From Marispirochaeta sp. (GTDB lineage Bacteria > Spirochaetota > Spirochaetia > JC444 > Marispirochaetaceae), in the NCBI GenBank assembly GCA_963676835.2, contig CAXXFF010000002.1, positions 512,001 through 576,000 on the forward strand: a stretch of DNA of 64,000 bases. The letters are read 5' to 3'. Under the pieces are notes generated by a model. It saw only the letters and a list, made by a program, of their open reading frames with translations, had not been told where the DNA came from and searched no databases. Both the position numbers and the translations under genes were made by a program. Shown here piece by piece: positions 58,374-64,000 of this stretch; positions within the stretch are counted from its first letter, which is position 1; every line of letters starts with the position of its first letter.

Positions 58374-59222
58374 ATGAAGCAACATAATACTTCTGCGGTT
58401 ATTATAAGTATGAGCACTACATATATTGAGAAAATAGCCAGAGAAATGCAGGATCATATGATCTTCCGTAACTATTCACGCCACAGCATTACAGCATACA
58501 TTTCTCACATTCGATCATTTCACAACTTTTGCAGCAATACCAGTGAATCCAACCGCGAAAAACGTATCATTGCGTATATAAATCAATGTCCCCACTCAAG
58601 CAGGACAGTGGCGCGGTCGGCCTTGAAATACCTCTATGTAAATATCCTGAAAATCCCGGTTTCCATTTTAGATGTTAAGGTGCGTCATAGCCAAAAAATC
58701 CCCCCGGTTTTATCACGAGCCGAGGCTATCAGTCTTATCAACTCCATTACAAATTGTAAGCACCGTCTTATGATCGCCCTTTTGTATGGATCAGGATTAA
58801 GGGTAAGCGAAGTTGTCAATTTGAAAGTTGGAGACGTACTTCTTTCGCGTCAAAAGCTTCATATCAGGCAGGCGAAGAACAAAAAAGACAGGATTGTAGT
58901 CCTGTCCGCAGAATTGATGCCCCAGATAATTAACGATATAGCCGGCAGATCACCGAAAGAGTGGCTGTTCTTAAATCAATCTGGAAAGAAATATGCTATC
59001 CGGACAGTTCAGGCTGTTTTCAAAAAAGCCCTTCACAAGTGCAATCTCAACAGAAATGCCAGCTGTCATTCCCTCCGCCATTCGTTTGCAACATCACTGC
59101 TGGAAAATGGTGTGGACATAAGGCTTATACAGGCTCAACTTGGGCACTCAAATCTCAAAACAACCATGCGCTATACAAGGATTTCCGGAGCTATGATTGA
59201 AAATCTTCAATCTCCTTTATAG
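58374..59222 (+). CDS. Tyrosine recombinase (integron-integrase-like, lacking IntI insertion)
   Basis: N-terminal RNYS.HSI.AY, then YGSGLRVSE, K.KKDR, HSLRHSFAT, LGH, TTMRY. True start may be 58410. Confidence 0.9.
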   Translation: MKQHNTSAVIISMSTTYIEKIAREMQDHMIFRNYSRHSITAYISHIRSFHNFCSNTSESNREKRIIAYINQCPHSSRTVARSALKYLYVNILKIPVSILDVKVRHSQKIPPVLSRAEAISLINSITNCKHRLMIALLYGSGLRVSEVVNLKVGDVLLSRQKLHIRQAKNKKDRIVVLSAELMPQIINDIAGRSPKEWLFLNQSGKKYAIRTVQAVFKKALHKCNLNRNASCHSLRHSFATSLLENGVDIRLIQAQLGHSNLKTTMRYTRISGAMIENLQSPL

Positions 59223-59385
59223 CAATTATTACGCAATGCGCAAAATATGCTTCTGTATACAAATCTTTTTGCATAGAGTACAATAAGGTTGAATTAATAC
59301 CAGAAAATAATACTGCCTTAGGCCTGCCGAAGTTTACCTGTTTATTTAACCCTAATGGTGGTAAATTTAGTGAGAGAGTTTTTTT

Positions 59386-61566
59386 ATGCTTTCACGCAAA
59401 GTGATTGTCACATGCTGTTCTCTTTTCTGTGTACTCTCTATATTCACATACGCACAGAGTACCGCAGTAAATCTTGACGAAATGTATGCTTACCCTCTGG
59501 GGTTTTCCGTGGATATCTCAAGTTATTCGCCTGTTGTGGCCCTGGGCACAGATTTTGATTACACCTTCAGTGTTAACGATTTCTCAGCAAAAGCTACATA
59601 TCCATTGCCGCAGCATCCGGTCTGGCAGCCCTATCTTTCTCTGGGCCTGATTTCCTACACATCAACAGATACCGAAAACGAAGCTCAGGCAGATCAATTT
59701 AACCATAATCAGGCATATCTTTCCGGTGGAATTTCCTATCTTACAAAGATGTCAAAGCAGATGGAAATCGGAGTGAGTACCGGCCTTGGGTTGAGTCAAT
59801 CCTATTTTTCAGAATTAGGTGGATCAACGGATACTGTCGGGCAGATGAATCTGCTTGCAGATTTAAACGGCCACCTTGGCCTGAATGTATCTTATAATCT
59901 GCATCTGGCCTTCGAACCGCGAATCCGCTATACAAAAACATTCGGACTTTTAGAGCGCTTTAACGGCGTAACCTTCGGTGTTGGGTTTACCGGCCAATAT
60001 CGTCTTGGAGAAGATCCGGACTCTCCCAAAGCTGAAATTAAGAGTATCCGCTTTCTTGACGGAAAAATCTCCAATATATTTGCAGCTCTTCAGAGTTTCT
60101 ATGTAAACAACAGCATCGGGTCAGTTGCATTCGTAAATGAAGACAAATTTCCCATAACCAACGTGGAAGTCTCTTTTTATCAGGCCGGGTTTATGGATAC
60201 CCCTACACTGCTTAAATCCTTCGATAAAATCGATTCAAAAGAAGAACAGTCTCTCGATATCTTCGCCGCCTATAACACCCGGGTATTTGAAACCGCTGGA
60301 ATCACACCACTTACCGGTGAGCTGGTTGTAGCATATACAAGCCGGGGGCGCAGCTATACTCAGAAACTCCCTCTTACCTATGATATGTACGACAAAGAGG
60401 CCCTTTCCTGGGATGACACACGTAAAGCCGCGGCCTTTGTTACTCCCGCAGACAGTGCCCTCAGAAACTACAGCAGCTATGTTCGCCAAATTTCCAGAGA
60501 ACGAAATATTACCGGCTACAGCGAAGAGATGCAGACCGCCATGCAGATCTATTACGGCCTTAAGGAACTCGGACTTATTTACCAGCTCGATCCAACCAGC
60601 CCCTTTGATCAGGCCCAGGAAAACACCGGCGTAATCGATGCAGTCAGTATTCCGCGAAACACCCTTAAACGACTTACCGGTGACTGTGACGATCTATCTG
60701 TACTCTATTCAAGTCTGCTTGAATCCGCTGGAGTTGAAACCGCCTTTGTAACTGTACCGGGACATATATACGTGGCGTTTAATACAACCGTACCTTCACG
60801 GGATTATCAACTGCTCCATCCATCCCAGAAGATGTCCATAAATATAAAAAATCAGCTCTGGGTTCCTGTGGAAGTAACCATGGTTGGCACCGACGATTTC
60901 TTAACCGCCTGGCGAACCGGTATTCAGCAGTTTACATCTCTGGACAGCAATCCTGATCAGCGGGAAATTATCAATATCCGCCAGTCCCAACAGACTTACC
61001 GGGCAGTGGGGCTTCAGGAAACCGACCTGGGCCTGCAGTACGGAGACTCCCAGACAGTAGCCCGGAACTTTTCCCGGGATGTAAATCAGGTAATCAACGA
61101 AATTATCCAGTCTTACAGTACCATTGCTGAGGAGACAAATAACAAAAGCGGTTTCAACCGGCTGGGAATTGTCAGCGCCATGTTCCGCCGCTACAGCGAA
61201 GCAGAACAGGCATTTAACCGAGCCCTGGCTCTGGACCGGAATTTTCTTTCCGCCCGGATAAATCTTGCAAATGTCTACTTTCAGCGCAATGAATATCAGA
61301 ATGCTCTGCGTATTCTCCATGCGGTGGAAAAGGAATATATTGCCAGCGGCAGAGAACAGTCCCGCAGTCTGCAGATTGTGCTTCTGAACATTTCCCGCTG
61401 TTACTATTCGCTGGAAAACTTCGATATGGCCGAAGATTATCTGGCAAGGCTTAAAGAACTGAACCCGGATCTTGCAAATCAGAACTCGTATCTTGCAGCC
61501 CAGAACGGATCCCGGGCTTCCCGCGGTGGAGCCGATTCGGGTGTTTTGTTTGTGGAGGAAGATTAA
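59386..61566 (+). CDS. Exported protein: beta-barrel-like N-terminus, transglutaminase-like core, TPR C-terminus
   Basis: Signal peptide, alternating beta strands, GDCDD...PGHIY...VPVE, TPR repeats. Confidence 0.7.
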   Translation: MLSRKVIVTCCSLFCVLSIFTYAQSTAVNLDEMYAYPLGFSVDISSYSPVVALGTDFDYTFSVNDFSAKATYPLPQHPVWQPYLSLGLISYTSTDTENEAQADQFNHNQAYLSGGISYLTKMSKQMEIGVSTGLGLSQSYFSELGGSTDTVGQMNLLADLNGHLGLNVSYNLHLAFEPRIRYTKTFGLLERFNGVTFGVGFTGQYRLGEDPDSPKAEIKSIRFLDGKISNIFAALQSFYVNNSIGSVAFVNEDKFPITNVEVSFYQAGFMDTPTLLKSFDKIDSKEEQSLDIFAAYNTRVFETAGITPLTGELVVAYTSRGRSYTQKLPLTYDMYDKEALSWDDTRKAAAFVTPADSALRNYSSYVRQISRERNITGYSEEMQTAMQIYYGLKELGLIYQLDPTSPFDQAQENTGVIDAVSIPRNTLKRLTGDCDDLSVLYSSLLESAGVETAFVTVPGHIYVAFNTTVPSRDYQLLHPSQKMSINIKNQLWVPVEVTMVGTDDFLTAWRTGIQQFTSLDSNPDQREIINIRQSQQTYRAVGLQETDLGLQYGDSQTVARNFSRDVNQVINEIIQSYSTIAEETNNKSGFNRLGIVSAMFRRYSEAEQAFNRALALDRNFLSARINLANVYFQRNEYQNALRILHAVEKEYIASGREQSRSLQIVLLNISRCYYSLENFDMAEDYLARLKELNPDLANQNSYLAAQNGSRASRGGADSGVLFVEED

Positions 61567-64000
61567 TGAAAAATCTTCTGAATATTCTACTTATTACAAC
61601 CTTTTCAATCTTCATACTCTCCTGTCCGGAACCGATTTCTCAGGAAGTACTTAATCAGGCGGAAGATACTTACAGCCCGCGAATCTCAGTTTCAGGCCCG
61701 GATAACAACGATATTTACTATTCAGAAACAACCGTTACTGGAACAGTTAGTGATGATGCCATAGAAAACGGTGATTCTCAGGGCGTTATAGATTCATTCA
61801 GTTTTGAAATCCTCTACGATGCGGACCGCCGCGGAGGTATCGTCCGGGAAGGCGGCACCTATGTAATGGATACCGATGTCGGAACCGGGGTTGTCTCATA
61901 CACTCCTGCAACAGGAGCCTTTGAATTTACCGTATCAACAATTACCCCGTCTGTTCTCACCGGCCAGGTAACCCTGAGAATGACAGCAACCGATTCCAAT
62001 GGAAACACAACTATCAGTGACCTGAAACTTCTGGAAAGCAATGGCCCGGTGATCAGCCTGGTGGATCCGGGAACCACAGTTACTGAATTCGATACCGGCG
62101 ATGATATTCCAATCAGCGGCACGGTGGTAAATTCAAATCAGGATTCCGGTGCAGATCAGATAAGCAGAATTTCCTGGAATGCCAACAATGCAATAACCGG
62201 GGATCTCACCCTGGATGGTTCTGATGGAACCTTTACCAGTAACACAAGTCAGGGAATAACCCTCTCATATAATACCAGCACAACGGCGTTCAGTTCTATT
62301 TTGCGGGTCAGTGACACGACAACCGGCTTTTATGTAATCACCGTTGAAGCCGAGGATTTCAACGGGCATGTCACAACGGTATCAAGAACCATTTACCGGG
62401 AAGGTGCGGGCCCGGACTTCGACTTCACCGGCAGTACAAATACCCTGGCGAGCAGCACATACCTCCGTAAAGATGCCTATTCGCCATTTCCCATAGAGAT
62501 CACCTTCGATGATTATACGGAAGTTACCAGTCTCAAATATCAGGGAAAATCCAACGCCGGAGATCCTGCCCTGGATGAAGTCACCCTTTCGCCGCTCCCC
62601 TCTGGTAACACTTACACATTTACTCCCAATTATGGGACATACTTCACAGAGATTCAGGGCTGGCTTGCCACTACCGAGGTTCTCCAGCTGTATGTAACCG
62701 CGGAAAATGCTGAAGGAGAAGAGTCTGTCCATCTCCTTAATATGATGCTCGATTCTCAGGGACCAACCGTAAGTATCGACGGAATCAGCGGCACCAATGC
62801 TTATAACGGCAACACCTACGCCACCGACGGAACAAAAACCATTGATTTCAGCTATAGCGATTCATATTCCGGTATGGATGACATTACTCTGTCTATAACC
62901 GGGCAGACTGTTTCCAATGTTGATCCGCCGACTACAAGTTACGACCAAATCTTCACAACGGGTACAGACGGTGGAACAGTAACCTTTACTCTTTCTGCAG
63001 ATGATGTTGCAGGTAATACCTCGACCGCAACTCAGAACGTCATCTTCTACTTTGATGACCCGACGATCTCATGGGACGATATTACCTCCGGCGGTAATTC
63101 CTATGCAGCCTCGGGCGATACCATAACCCTGGAATTTTCATCAGATCACGTGCTCGATACCCTTCCAACCGCTCAGATCAACGGCGTATCCGCCACAGTA
63201 GCCAGAGTGGATGATACAAACTTCACCGCAGAAGCCTCTCTCAGCAGCGGTTCAAGAATCGATAATGTAGGCATTTCAATAGACAGTGTTACCGATGCCG
63301 CCGGCATCAGTTTGTCCAGCCCCTACACGGCATCAACTACCCTTATTTACGATCCCGTTGCCCCGGTTATTTCCACCGTCAGTTCTTCCCCTACAGCTGG
63401 ATCATCCCTGCAGAAGAACGACTCTGTAACGGTCACCTGGAATGCTTCCACCGACGGCGAAACAGAAATAGCCTCAGTAAGCTTTGATTTTTCAGAACTC
63501 GGCGGCGGAGCAGTCGCCGGCTCATTATCCGGAGGCAGCTGGTCAGCAACCTTCACCGTTACAGACGACGATGTTGAAACAACAGATGCGGACGTACTTA
63601 TTACCGCAACCGATCTAGCCGGTAACAGCAACAGTACTCCATATGAACACGGTTCGTGGATAATCGATACCACCCCGCCGACCATTACCACCGCAAACAT
63701 CAGTCTCAGTGGATCATCAGGTACCGCAGGAACATATACAACCGGCGACACCGTAACCTGTACCTGGGATGCTGCAGCGGACGGCAATACTGACATAGCT
63801 TCTGTTGATTTTGACTTCTCAGATTTTGGCGGCGGGACCGTTCAGGATACAAGCTCTACCGGCGGCTGGTCTGCAACATATACCCTGGTTTCCGGCAGCA
63901 TAGACGCTACCTCCGCGGTTGTAGAGGTTTCCGCATCCGATACCAGCGGAAACGATACATCATCAAATGTTGACAGCAGTCAGGCGAAGGTTGATACAGA
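61566..64000 (+). CDS. Large surface lipoprotein with Ig-like repeats (runs off window)
   Basis: MKNLLNILLITTFSIFILSC lipobox. Same frame at the window end, T/S/D-rich, repeated D..GN and DTTPP motifs. Absent from the ORF track because it has no stop. Confidence 0.8.
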   Translation, partial: MKNLLNILLITTFSIFILSCPEPISQEVLNQAEDTYSPRISVSGPDNNDIYYSETTVTGTVSDDAIENGDSQGVIDSFSFEILYDADRRGGIVREGGTYVMDTDVGTGVVSYTPATGAFEFTVSTITPSVLTGQVTLRMTATDSNGNTTISDLKLLESNGPVISLVDPGTTVTEFDTGDDIPISGTVVNSNQDSGADQISRISWNANNAITGDLTLDGSDGTFTSNTSQGITLSYNTSTTAFSSILRVSDTTTGFYVITVEAEDFNGHVTTVSRTIYREGAGPDFDFTGSTNTLASSTYLRKDAYSPFPIEITFDDYTEVTSLKYQGKSNAGDPALDEVTLSPLPSGNTYTFTPNYGTYFTEIQGWLATTEVLQLYVTAENAEGEESVHLLNMMLDSQGPTVSIDGISGTNAYNGNTYATDGTKTIDFSYSDSYSGMDDITLSITGQTVSNVDPPTTSYDQIFTTGTDGGTVTFTLSADDVAGNTSTATQNVIFYFDDPTISWDDITSGGNSYAASGDTITLEFSSDHVLDTLPTAQINGVSATVARVDDTNFTAEASLSSGSRIDNVGISIDSVTDAAGISLSSPYTASTTLIYDPVAPVISTVSSSPTAGSSLQKNDSVTVTWNASTDGETEIASVSFDFSELGGGAVAGSLSGGSWSATFTVTDDDVETTDADVLITATDLAGNSNSTPYEHGSWIIDTTPPTITTANISLSGSSGTAGTYTTGDTVTCTWDAAADGNTDIASVDFDFSDFGGGTVQDTSSTGGWSATYTLVSGSIDATSAVVEVSASDTSGNDTSSNVDSSQAKVDT

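Larger units (their letters stand above)
48031..59222 (-). mobile_element. Integron-like gene-cassette array with divergent tyrosine recombinase
   Basis: Nine related hairpin sites, single-gene or TA cassettes all on -, attI-like site, adjacent integrase. Confidence 0.88.

Noticed and set aside
58352..58440. Pc-like cassette promoter on the - strand
   Set aside because: TATAAT and TACAAT hexamers are present, but no properly spaced -35 could be assigned.
58374..59222. Housekeeping XerC/XerD or prophage integrase
   Set aside because: No phage genes or att duplication seen. The N-terminal pattern and the position next to a cassette array fit an integron-like role, although phylogeny is needed.
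59226..59240. TTATTACGCAATGCG matching 58225-58239 at 14/15
   Set aside because: A single short match in AT-rich DNA; cannot be separated from chance.

Overview
Bacterial chromosomal window, probably from a free-living spirochaete (inferred from protein style only). 1-34 kb is mostly housekeeping and metabolism: a MATE transporter, c-di-GMP enzymes, a YgiQ radical SAM protein, NfeD/SPFH genes, a RAYT-type Y1 transposase swollen by an 18-bp tandem repeat, a transketolase, a sigma54-driven TctCBA/UroD-like operon, TRAP transporters and MoxR-DUF58. 34-48 kb is a long run of small, same-strand (-) accessory genes (GNATs, SRPBCC, VOC, cupin, TfoX, Rieske), with an IS21 element and an ABC-F gene that has a uORF leader. 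The main finding is at 48.0-59.2 kb: a non-canonical integron-like cassette system. A short tyrosine recombinase that lacks the IntI-specific insertion sits divergently next to an attI/dif-like site. Nine cassettes follow, separated by nine attC-like hairpin sites with an unusual AAC-N5-stem...stem-N1-GTT geometry. Eight of the nine cassettes are bounded by their own private 18-24 bp inverted repeat (9 bp in the most distal one). The mismatches in these repeats are almost all G.T wobbles on the + (bottom) strand, including one at a fixed position 11. The array holds higBA, vapBC (split by a nested IS66-in-IS66), lipoproteins and an ORF-less structured cassette, and it appears to decay leftwards into site remnants. 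The window ends with a TPR/transglutaminase-like protein and a large Ig-repeat lipoprotein.
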